Source of the DNA: a virus
Taxonomy: Duplodnaviria > Caudoviricetes
Length of the DNA: 58,714 bases
Virus record (IMG/VR): IMGVR_UViG_3300005611_000026
Location: 1 to 58,714 of that record
Reading direction: 5' to 3' (one strand)
Positions 46,816-54,539 of the stretch are shown in pieces. How positions within the stretch are numbered: position 1 is the stretch's first letter; the number at the start of each line of letters is the position of its first letter. Made by a program: the position numbers and the translations under genes. The notes below the pieces were generated by a model that had not been told where the DNA came from, searched no databases, and saw nothing but the letters and a program-made list of their open reading frames with translations.

Positions 46816-46833
46816 TTACAAAGGTGTTATTAG

Positions 46834-47061
46834 ATGAAGAAAAAGCTCAAGGTTTACGATTGGACTAACGTGATCAATGGAACCCAAATGACTGATGGTG
46901 CTATCTGTCACGAGCTGGCCACTCAGTTTGGCCTTAAATACTCACCTAGCGGGATCTGGCGAATGCGAATGGGTCAGACCAAGCAACCATCCCATGAGAT
47001 CGGACAGGGGCTTCTGGAGCTTTACAGACAGGGAGCCGGTCGGGTGGCCATGCCATTATGA
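46834..47061 (+). CDS. Cro-like HTH protein
   Basis: IWRMRMGQTKQPSHEIGQGLLELY; divergent from csrA. Confidence 0.7.
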   Translation: MKKKLKVYDWTNVINGTQMTDGAICHELATQFGLKYSPSGIWRMRMGQTKQPSHEIGQGLLELYRQGAGRVAMPL

Positions 47062-47366
47062 ATAGACTAGATCATTTGCTGGTTATTTTTGGTGAGGAGT
47101 GTAACGAGGTAGCGCAGGAAACCGCAAAGGCTTTGAGGTTTGGGATCTATGAACAAAGAGATCTGCCAACAACAAATATAGAGCGAATGGGCGTTGAGCT
47201 TAGTCAGCTTTTGGCAATGGCTGAAATGCTGAAGGATGAAGGCTACGAAATACCTATTTATGCTGATGTGATGGATGCGAAAAAAGAGAAGGTAGAAAAA
47301 TACCTAGCCTACTCAAAACATCTTGGCCGGTTAACTGAAGATCCTGAAAAAGAAAAACCCGCTTGA
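47058..47366 (+). CDS. MazG-like nucleotide pyrophosphohydrolase
   Basis: EECNEV....KALRFG; second acidic motif partly degenerate (ELSQL). Confidence 0.65.
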   Translation: MNRLDHLLVIFGEECNEVAQETAKALRFGIYEQRDLPTTNIERMGVELSQLLAMAEMLKDEGYEIPIYADVMDAKKEKVEKYLAYSKHLGRLTEDPEKEKPA

Positions 47367-47399
47367 CCTTTTGAGTCAGAGCGGGCTATTCTTAATTTG

Positions 47400-47756
47400 T
47401 TGGCGGGATTTGAGCGTCCCTTCAATGATTGACTAAGAAATATGGGAAGAAATCAATCACCGTTATCAACGGCGGTTATTTTACCCTCCCTATTTTTCCA
47501 AATCAATCCTTATACGCTCTCAGGCTTAGAAGCGGCAAGGTTTCCTGATTAAAATTAACTCAATCCGAGAGCTTTAGGCTCACCATAGAACAATTTATTC
47601 TTAGGCTACCTTCGAGCGGGGATAAAGCAGCGACCAAGCAGGGGCGGGTTTGATCGACCGCATGGATGAAATAGATGCTGCATATCGATAAGAATATCTG
47701 AATAAGGTGTAACAGGGCTTCCCTGCTTAACGCTCTAACGGAATCTATGGCTTTTT
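47400..47756 (+). ncRNA. Candidate long structured non-coding RNA or origin region
   Basis: No ORF of 60 aa or more; upstream TTGACC-18-TATTCT; nested inverted repeats; T-run at end. Confidence 0.4.
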
Positions 47757-47778
47757 ACAATGTGCCTTAAAATAATTG

Positions 47779-47806
47779 TTGACAATCCTCAATAGTTGGT
47801 TACAAT
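47779..47806 (+). promoter_or_regulatory. Sigma70-type promoter (TTGACA-16-TACAAT)
   Basis: TTGACAATCCTCAA family. Confidence 0.8.
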
Positions 47807-47845
47807 GAACTTATCCAATCAAGAAAGCCTACGGAGGGCTTGCAA

Positions 47846-48037
47846 ATGAAATTCATCCAAACCAAACCAGCCAGCCATTTTTGCGGGGATTGGGAAATAA
47901 CCAATAATCGAGAGCTACCAAACGACGACACCGGCTGGTCTTTATGGCTGAACGGTGAATGGCTTGCTGATGCCAGCACCAAAAAAGCACTGATCAAAAA
48001 AGCGGAAACAATGGAAAATCAAGGAGATCAAAAATGA
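47846..48037 (+). CDS. Hypothetical protein
   Basis: GGAGG RBS after promoter. Confidence 0.7.
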   Translation: MKFIQTKPASHFCGDWEITNNRELPNDDTGWSLWLNGEWLADASTKKALIKKAETMENQGDQK

Positions 48038-48411
48038 GCATTTATCGAAAAGACACCATCATCCATTCTTACCGAGCATTCGATGTTTTTGAGCGGGAGC
48101 CCGATGGTCAGGGGATCAACCTTGTCGATGGGGAGCTAATTACCACTCCAGAAGGCCGCCGCTACACAGTTGGATCGGTCGTTGGCTATGCGCTTGAATA
48201 TAACGAATGCCCTATCAAGGCGTACCAGAGAGCCATTGAGAAAGGCCATAAAACTCACTACATCATCCAGCTCTCGATCAGCCTGACTCACTCCAGAGGC
48301 GAAAAGCGCAGGTACTTGAGAATTGACTTCGATTCTATTTATAGATTTCAAGGTCAACGATTCAAAATCATCCCAACGCCAAACGACAACCTAGCATTCG
48401 AGGAGGTGTGA
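48034..48411 (+). CDS. Hypothetical protein
   Basis: RBS AAGGAG. Confidence 0.7.
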   Translation: MSIYRKDTIIHSYRAFDVFEREPDGQGINLVDGELITTPEGRRYTVGSVVGYALEYNECPIKAYQRAIEKGHKTHYIIQLSISLTHSRGEKRRYLRIDFDSIYRFQGQRFKIIPTPNDNLAFEEV

Positions 48412-48412
48412 T

Positions 48413-48688
48413 ATGAAACTGGAAGCTAAAACTGCGAAAGCAATCTCAGACATAATTAATGCGATTACGGTTGCTGAGAAAATGGCGATTCGCTACAAAA
48501 CCGGAGCCTCGGAATTAAGCGCCACATGGGAGCGGGGCGCATCTGTCAACCGGTTGTTGCTGGCTGATCTATTCGGGATCTGTTTGCCAACTCTCGAAGT
48601 CGAACGCATTGAGCTGCAATACAGCCAAGAAATGCAAACCATGCTGAAATTCAAAACCAACTACTACACCGAGCTACTGGAGGCATAA
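48413..48688 (+). CDS. Hypothetical protein
   Basis: RBS GGAGGT. Confidence 0.7.
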   Translation: MKLEAKTAKAISDIINAITVAEKMAIRYKTGASELSATWERGASVNRLLLADLFGICLPTLEVERIELQYSQEMQTMLKFKTNYYTELLEA

Positions 48689-49239
48689 TGGGTACCAAAA
48701 AACAATATGAAGCACTTGAGCGATCAATAAGAAAGCATAAAGCGCTGATTCAATCGGATTACGGTCTAAGCATTTTTACAACCATTAAAGACCGGATATT
48801 CAAATGCGATTTGATTGAAAACTATGATTGGGTAATCCCAAGCCATGTCGAAGCAAACGACAATTGGTTTTCGATCAAAGACGATGTAACCGCTGGCACC
48901 TTTGGATCTGGAACCCCTAGAACAATTTCATGGGAGGATACCGACAGCGATCCAAACGGCGCGTTTCTCCTATCCATTAGATTCCCTACTGGCGGTTATT
49001 TCTTCGATAAGAAAGGAGACCAGGAATTTTTTAAACAATTCTGGAATGAGCTGCGAGAGCTTGAGCCCGACTATCAAGACACAGCAAACAGGGGTCTCTA
49101 TTTTACAAAAGAGAAAGGCGGGAAGGTGCTCCGTGAATACGATCGGCTTGTTAAGAAATATCGAGATTTGCATAAGTCGCAAGCCAACGAGCGGCGGGCG
49201 GCTGAATTGAGATCTGAACTGGAAAAACTGGAGGGGTGA
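48688..49239 (+). CDS. Diverged paralog of cassette gene 14367-14927
   Basis: YEALERS..KHKALI..DY, ENY.WVIPSHV..NDNWFSIK, ELEKLEG shared. Confidence 0.88.
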   Translation: MGTKKQYEALERSIRKHKALIQSDYGLSIFTTIKDRIFKCDLIENYDWVIPSHVEANDNWFSIKDDVTAGTFGSGTPRTISWEDTDSDPNGAFLLSIRFPTGGYFFDKKGDQEFFKQFWNELRELEPDYQDTANRGLYFTKEKGGKVLREYDRLVKKYRDLHKSQANERRAAELRSELEKLEG

Positions 49240-49595
49240 TGAGCGATTTTAGAATAGTAGAAACTATCGATATCTGGCGGGTAGTATCGAATACCGATTT
49301 AACTGAGGGGCGCGGGAAAAGTGTTCTATTGAACAATTGTAGGTGCAAGGCCACTGCCAAGCGGCTGGCTAAGGGCAAGGGGGTCATGGGAACGGATGCC
49401 CTGGTCAGGAAGGCTCTTGGTTTTAAACTCTACGGCGACCACTTCTATTACGCGCCATCCTATTTAGTACAGCCCAGTCGAGACGACATAGAGGCACAGC
49501 GGATCATGGATCAAAGGGAGGAGGCGGTTCGTAAGGCTAAAGAGGCTGGGTTGACTGAGCTTGATATAGAGCTGATTAGGAACAGCAAACCATGA
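49236..49595 (+). CDS. Hypothetical protein
   Basis: NTDLTEGRG, ATAKRLAKGKGVMG; RBS GGAGG. Confidence 0.75.
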   Translation: MMSDFRIVETIDIWRVVSNTDLTEGRGKSVLLNNCRCKATAKRLAKGKGVMGTDALVRKALGFKLYGDHFYYAPSYLVQPSRDDIEAQRIMDQREEAVRKAKEAGLTELDIELIRNSKP

Positions 49596-49954
49596 AGTTA
49601 AACCTCGAAGCCATGACCAAGGCCGGTATCGACGTAGATGCAATCAAGGATTTTATCGAGCACCGCAAGACCATTAAAAAGCCGCTAACGCAGCGGGCGC
49701 TGGAAATGAATATGCGCGAAGCATGGAAGGCCAAGAAGCTCGGTATCACGCCAGAACAGGCCATTGATTACACCATCTTTAAATGCTGGATAGGCGTCAA
49801 CTGCTCCCACATGAGCGATCGAATCAATGAGGTGCTGGAGCTATTCGGGGAGGAGCCGGTGAAAAAGCAGTCCACTCGATCAATGTCACTCAGCGAGAAT
49901 TTGAATGATCGATCGTGGGCAAATAAAGTTGTAAAGCTAGAAAATAATTCTTGA
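49592..49954 (+). CDS. Stand-alone C-terminal domain of phage replication initiator-like protein
   Basis: DFIEHRKTIKKPLTQRA...EQAI...W.G; ends DRSWA. Confidence 0.55.
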   Translation: MKLNLEAMTKAGIDVDAIKDFIEHRKTIKKPLTQRALEMNMREAWKAKKLGITPEQAIDYTIFKCWIGVNCSHMSDRINEVLELFGEEPVKKQSTRSMSLSENLNDRSWANKVVKLENNS

Positions 49955-49979
49955 CAATAGTCTATAGATGCCCCACAAT
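49951..49979 (+). promoter_or_regulatory. Sigma70-type promoter (TTGACA-17-CACAAT)
   Basis: Preceded by AAAATAATT like the other early promoters. Confidence 0.65.
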
Positions 49980-50007
49980 TAAATCTCAAACTAAGGAGGA
50001 ATCCAAA

Positions 50008-50355
50008 ATGCAAGACAATCCAATGACTCAAGGCGACTACGAAGATGAAAAACCAAGCGTGGTCGAATCTAAAGCCCCATTCAGCAAACAGGCTCTCTAT
50101 GACCTGATGCTTAAAGATGGTCACTTTGATGATGCTTACGGCGCCAATGGCGTACCGCAAGGAAGATTCGCCTCATGGCGCGATGCCTATGACAATCACA
50201 GGCTTGATGTTGTTACTCATCTTGGCTTGCTGGTTGAACTTGAATCTGATCAAAATCCCGATCAAGAAAAGATCGACGCCCACCACAAAATGCTTGGCAA
50301 AACACTTGCTGACATGATGATCAGCTATGTCAAAAATATCCACGAGAGAGATTAA
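50008..50355 (+). CDS. Hypothetical acidic protein
   Basis: TAAGGAGG RBS then ATG 50008. Confidence 0.75.
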   Translation: MQDNPMTQGDYEDEKPSVVESKAPFSKQALYDLMLKDGHFDDAYGANGVPQGRFASWRDAYDNHRLDVVTHLGLLVELESDQNPDQEKIDAHHKMLGKTLADMMISYVKNIHERD

Positions 50356-50430
50356 GGTCAGGAAGCGAACTCCCCGCCATGCAGCGGGGAAGCCGCACCG
50401 CCTTAAAAACAAATACCGCCGGAGAGATAA

Positions 50431-50616
50431 ATGGACAGGCAAGTTGTAGACAAAGAGAATTGGACTGACTTTGAGCTGCTAACCGCTATGTCGGCGATCG
50501 CGGAACAATGCCAATACGACAGGGCGCAATTTAATGAGCGAGTCAGAAAAATCGCTGACGAAGTATGGAATCCAAAGCGGATATCTGAGACTGCCGGCAT
50601 TTTGCAACCGCTGTAA
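50431..50616 (+). CDS. Hypothetical protein
   Basis: RBS GGAG. Confidence 0.6.
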   Translation: MDRQVVDKENWTDFELLTAMSAIAEQCQYDRAQFNERVRKIADEVWNPKRISETAGILQPL

Positions 50617-50750
50617 TCAAATCGGCGGCTGGTACTGGAAAACAGTCAACGGCGAAATCAAAAATCTCTATCTAAAAAATATGACTCAGGGGAACGCTTT
50701 TACATGCCAGAACTGCAAAACCAAGATGGTATTTCGAGAGGGGATACTGA

Positions 50751-51074
50751 GTGAGCATTAACGATATTGATTGGGTCGAACAGGAGGCGGCGCTAGAAGC
50801 AGCGGCCAAGGCCAGAGCGACTTATGTCTGGTGCGAGGATTCGAGGAAATCAGTCCACGCTGAATTGATGGAAGATGGCCGGAAAAAACAAGGCATTGAC
50901 AAGGTCAACGCTCAGGAAGCCTACGCCTATCGACACCCCAAATACAAAGAGCACTTGGAGAAAAAGCGGGTGGCACTCCAAGAGTATGAAAATCTCAGGA
51001 TGAAATACGAGCTGTTAACTTTGAAAATCAGCGTTTGGCAATCGCTGGCCAAGTATCAATCAACTAATAGGTAA
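50751..51074 (+). CDS. Phage hypothetical helical protein
   Basis: AQEAYAYRHPKYKEHL...ISVWQS. Confidence 0.7.
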   Translation: MSINDIDWVEQEAALEAAAKARATYVWCEDSRKSVHAELMEDGRKKQGIDKVNAQEAYAYRHPKYKEHLEKKRVALQEYENLRMKYELLTLKISVWQSLAKYQSTNR

Positions 51075-51256
51075 TCCATGAAACTATCAGATAGCGATAT
51101 AAAACACATAGCAATTGCCGGTAAGGGCAAAGATAAAACCATTCATGTCCACCTAGAAAAAGGCACAACTCAAGTCATTCTGAATGACAGGGATATTGTA
51201 AAACTAGCCAGTGAATACGGCCTTCACGTTTATCGACCAGAGGGGCGCTTAACATA

Positions 51257-51712
51257 ATGGCCAAAGGCATAAACAAAGTCATCATCGTGGGCAATTGCGG
51301 CACGGATCCAGAAACTCGATTCACCGGCGCTGGGGCTGCTATCACGAATATTTCAGTCGCCACTAGCGAATCATGGAAAGACAAGTCTACCGGCCAGCAA
51401 CAGGAGCGCACTGAATGGCACAGGATTGTATTTTTTAACCGACTAGCGGAGATTGCAGGGGAGTACTTGAAAAAAGGCGCTAAGGTCTATGTAGAGGGCT
51501 CTCTGCGAACTCGCAAATGGCAGGATCAGGCCGGACAGGACAAATACACTACAGAAATTGTGGCCAGCGAAATGCAAGTGCTTGATTCCAGAGGCGGGGC
51601 TGGTGGAAGTGGTGGGCGTTCTCCCGCTGCTAGTCAAGGGGGGCAAGGCGGCGCTCCCTCCCCGCAAGCCGCCCCTGTTGATGATTGGGATGATGACATA
51701 CCTTTTAGTTAG
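51257..51712 (+). CDS. ssb: Single-stranded DNA-binding protein
   Basis: [30 protein letters not shown], acidic DDDIPF tail. Confidence 0.97.
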   Translation: MAKGINKVIIVGNCGTDPETRFTGAGAAITNISVATSESWKDKSTGQQQERTEWHRIVFFNRLAEIAGEYLKKGAKVYVEGSLRTRKWQDQAGQDKYTTEIVASEMQVLDSRGGAGGSGGRSPAASQGGQGGAPSPQAAPVDDWDDDIPFS

Positions 51713-51719
51713 GGTTTTA

Positions 51720-51813
51720 GGCGGGTGAAACCAAGGAAACCGGATAGGGCTATAGACCGAAGCCGGAGAGCGCGAATGCTGGAGAAAGCTAAGCGGTTCC
51801 AGCCCCGCCGCCA
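51720..51813 (+). ncRNA. Candidate structured RNA (copy 2)
   Basis: Same as 13981-14074 except one base. Confidence 0.45.
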
Positions 51814-51856
51814 AATTAACAACAGATTCGATTCTGTACCGTAGGAGAAACATAAA

Positions 51857-52078
51857 ATGCCAAAACTGACAGTGAATTTAGGAGATGAGATGTTTAGATT
51901 CAGCTCCGAGCAAGAGTGGATCAATAAGGCTCAGTCTTGGTTTGCCCGCTGCGAAGTACCAAAGAGACATTACATCGCAATAGATGCCGCTGGCAGGGTT
52001 TGCATAAAGGGCGCTGAATTTATGCGAGCCACAAGAGAAGATACTTACCCAATAACTGTCTATCGGTTGCTGGTGTAA
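51857..52078 (+). CDS. Cassette gene, copy of 14118-14339
   Basis: Identical translation. Confidence 0.8.
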   Translation: MPKLTVNLGDEMFRFSSEQEWINKAQSWFARCEVPKRHYIAIDAAGRVCIKGAEFMRATREDTYPITVYRLLV

Positions 52079-52105
52079 ATCTCAATAATGTACGAGGACA
52101 GAGAC

Positions 52106-52666
52106 ATGAAAACAAAGAAAGCATATGAAGCACTTGAGCGATCACTGGAAAAGCACAAGGCGCTGATTGAAGCAGATTACGATCTAGATTGCCTCAAGCG
52201 CATCAAAGACAAGATATTTACTCAGGATTTGACAGAAAACTACGGCTGGGTAATTCCCTCTCATGTGAAAGGCAACGATAACTGGTTTTCAATCAAAAGC
52301 GAGATAAGCGCCGGAACATTTGGCGGAGAAACTAAACGCAGTATTTCTTGGGAAGATGACGACAGAGACCCTGATGGTGAGTTTCTTTTGCACATCTGTT
52401 TTTCTACCGGCGCGTATTTTTTTGGCGAAGAGTATGACAAGGATTTTTTCAAGCGATTCTGGAAAGAGTTGGAGTCATACGAGCCAAGCTTTAAAGATAC
52501 CACCAACAAGGGACTTTACTTCTCTAAAGAAAAAGCCGGAAAGGTGCTCCAGAATTACGATCAAATCGTTAAAAAATATCGCGATCTTTACAAGTCCGAG
52601 GCTGATAAAAGGCGCGCGGCAAAGTTGAGAGCGGAGCTGGAAAAACTGGAAGGCTCTACAGGCTAA
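52106..52666 (+). CDS. Cassette gene, copy of 14367-14927
   Basis: Identical translation. Confidence 0.85.
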   Translation: MKTKKAYEALERSLEKHKALIEADYDLDCLKRIKDKIFTQDLTENYGWVIPSHVKGNDNWFSIKSEISAGTFGGETKRSISWEDDDRDPDGEFLLHICFSTGAYFFGEEYDKDFFKRFWKELESYEPSFKDTTNKGLYFSKEKAGKVLQNYDQIVKKYRDLYKSEADKRRAAKLRAELEKLEGSTG

Positions 52667-52692
52667 ATCTCAATAATGTACTGGAAAAGAGA

Positions 52693-52977
52693 ATGAAAAT
52701 CCTGCACCTAACGCTCAAGAAAAAATGGTTTGACATGATCGCTAGCGGTGAAAAGCGCGAGGAATATAGAGAGATAAAGCCATACTGGAATAAGCGTTTA
52801 ACTAATAAATCCTATGACGCCATTTTGTTTAGAAACGGCTACTCAAAAAACGCGCCTAAAGTGCTTGTAAAGCTGGACGGAATAATGACCAGTCTTGGCA
52901 TTATTCAATGGGGCGCGCCAGAGGGCGAGAGGGTTTATATTTTGAAGCTCGGCGAAATACTGCCGCTAGATTGTTAA
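52693..52977 (+). CDS. Cassette gene, ASCH domain protein (copy)
   Basis: Identical translation. Confidence 0.85.
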   Translation: MKILHLTLKKKWFDMIASGEKREEYREIKPYWNKRLTNKSYDAILFRNGYSKNAPKVLVKLDGIMTSLGIIQWGAPEGERVYILKLGEILPLDC

Positions 52978-52995
52978 CTGTACGGAGATAGAGAT

Positions 52996-53160
52996 ATGAG
53001 CAGAGAAATAAACGACGAGACATTAAAAGAGTTTATCCAGAACCATCTAAGCGTGACGGATTTTGGCTATCTCGTTATTCCAAATGATGCCCGACTAAAT
53101 GACGAGGCTTTAAGCAATATCAAGCAGAGCTTCAAAGACTTTGTGGCGCAAGAATCTTAA
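52996..53160 (+). CDS. Cassette gene, copy of 15257-15421
   Basis: Same sequence at offset 37,739. Confidence 0.75.
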   Translation: MSREINDETLKEFIQNHLSVTDFGYLVIPNDARLNDEALSNIKQSFKDFVAQES

Positions 53161-53178
53161 CTGTACGACAGGTGAAAT

Positions 53179-53364
53179 ATGTTTAAAGAGATTTTCTGCC
53201 CTCAATGTGGCGACAATACCCATGAGCTTCACGAGGGATGCTGCGAGCAATGCTGGAACGAAAACCAAGCCGCGCTTGATCGTCATAACCAAGAGTACGA
53301 CCACTGGAACAGGATGGATAGCGAGCGCAGAGAACAAGCTATTCGAGAAGCCATGAATCAATAA
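53179..53364 (+). CDS. Cassette gene, Cys-rich (copy)
   Basis: Identical translation. Confidence 0.75.
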   Translation: MFKEIFCPQCGDNTHELHEGCCEQCWNENQAALDRHNQEYDHWNRMDSERREQAIREAMNQ

Positions 53365-53390
53365 TGTACTAACTGACAGACGAGGTAATT

Positions 53391-53609
53391 ATGAGGCAAC
53401 AGTTACTATCTAAAGCACTTCGAGCTATATGTCTCACGCGAGATTATGTTGGCGAAAGGATGCTGCCAGCCATCAACGGCTGGGAGTGGTACGAAGTGGG
53501 AAAAGAGCTGGCCGGAGTCATACCAGAGGATGAATGGGCTAAAGAATTTTGGAAGAGAGTTGAAGCAGATAAGGATCGGCGACGGCGAGAAGGTAGGCCG
53601 CAAGGCTGA
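53391..53609 (+). CDS. Cassette gene, copy of 15652-15870
   Basis: Identical translation. Confidence 0.75.
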   Translation: MRQQLLSKALRAICLTRDYVGERMLPAINGWEWYEVGKELAGVIPEDEWAKEFWKRVEADKDRRRREGRPQG

Positions 53610-53634
53610 ATTAACTGTACTAACGGAGAATAGC

Positions 53635-53844
53635 GTGACTTATACAGACCTTGATATGGTTACAGCGAAAATCTACCGCATGGTTTCAAACCGGCGAGCG
53701 AGAAAGCTGCGCAAGCGCGGCGAGTTTGTGAAGTGGAGTGTCGAGCTTGACTGCTATATATGGGAGCCGTGCTGGTTGTCGCCAAACCCAAATACGTTGA
53801 ACGGGCTGCCTTGGTTGTCTCGTCGTGAACAAATAGCTCTTTAG
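53635..53844 (+). CDS. Cassette gene, copy of 15896-16105
   Basis: Identical translation. Confidence 0.65.
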   Translation: MTYTDLDMVTAKIYRMVSNRRARKLRKRGEFVKWSVELDCYIWEPCWLSPNPNTLNGLPWLSRREQIAL

Positions 53845-53871
53845 CCTGTACTAACTGGAAGGTGAGTAACT

Positions 53872-54111
53872 ATGAAAGCAATTTATTTATTCTATGTTTT
53901 TAAAATAGCTCCGCGAGTTATCGACAATAAGTCTAGCTGGTTTTGGCGGTGGTCGGTTTCTCTCCTTAACTCACAAAGGGCAATAGCTGGCGACTCGTTT
54001 GCGCTGCGGTCTTTTGGTCGTCTTTATATCCGAGACCCGCACGCGCGCCCTATAGCTACCCATTGGGTCTATAGCAATTGGCACCCGTTTTGCTGGCGCA
54101 AGAATCGATAA
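53872..54111 (+). CDS. Cassette gene, copy of 16133-16372
   Basis: Identical translation. Confidence 0.7.
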   Translation: MKAIYLFYVFKIAPRVIDNKSSWFWRWSVSLLNSQRAIAGDSFALRSFGRLYIRDPHARPIATHWVYSNWHPFCWRKNR

Positions 54112-54138
54112 CCTGTACTAACTGGAAGGTGAGTGAAT

Positions 54139-54333
54139 ATGAGCACAATAGACATTAAAGCCGTAGCAAATGTGAGACTGAATGATTTGGCCTCAGCAAT
54201 TGCGGAGTTAAAGCCTTACGAGATAAATGATTTTTTTCTCATGGTTGTTGAGAGGCAAAGTAACCCCGAAACGGCGTTAAAGTGTTCCGAGAGTCTTAAA
54301 AGGCATTACGACAGGCTTGCGGGTGGCAAATAG
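54139..54333 (+). CDS. Cassette gene, allele of 16400-16594
   Basis: Two amino-acid differences near C-terminus. Confidence 0.75.
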   Translation: MSTIDIKAVANVRLNDLASAIAELKPYEINDFFLMVVERQSNPETALKCSESLKRHYDRLAGGK

Positions 54334-54368
54334 CTGTGCGTTTTGAATCTACCAAATAAGGGGGTTAA

Positions 54369-54539
54369 ATGAATCCAATCATCAAAACAAGAGAGCTGTC
54401 CGAGAGGTGGAAGATCCCATATCACTCAGCAAGAACGATCACGCTCACGCCTATTTTCCCTAAGCCGATTAATGATACGGGGCAGCGAAAATGGTTGTTG
54501 GCCGATGTTGAGAGATTTGAAAGGGGGGTTAAGAAGTGA
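54369..54539 (+). CDS. AlpA/excisionase-like small DNA-binding protein (56 aa)
   Basis: MNPIIKTRELSERW...FPKPI...RKWLLADVERFE; RBS AGGGGG. Confidence 0.7.
   Translation: MNPIIKTRELSERWKIPYHSARTITLTPIFPKPINDTGQRKWLLADVERFERGVKK

Larger units (their letters stand above)
13976..51714 (+). mobile_element. Phage B, apparently complete 37,739-bp siphovirus genome bounded by the direct repeat
   Basis: Packaging, head, tail, lysis, recombination and SSB genes all present; circularising joins ssb to the array to ninG. Confidence 0.8.
51715..54351 (+). repeat. 2,637-bp direct repeat, copy 2 (TGTAC cassette array)
   Basis: Matches 13976-16612. Confidence 0.97.

Noticed and set aside
48684-48697. TAATGGGTACC at the start of the paralog resembling TAATGTAC
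   Set aside because: Explained by stop-start overlap and the codons for M-G-T; too short to count as a junction.
13976-54351. Simple terminal redundancy or att-site duplication of phage B
   Set aside because: Sequence from other phages continues outside both copies, the edges carry SNPs, and 2.6 kb with no integrase does not fit an att core.
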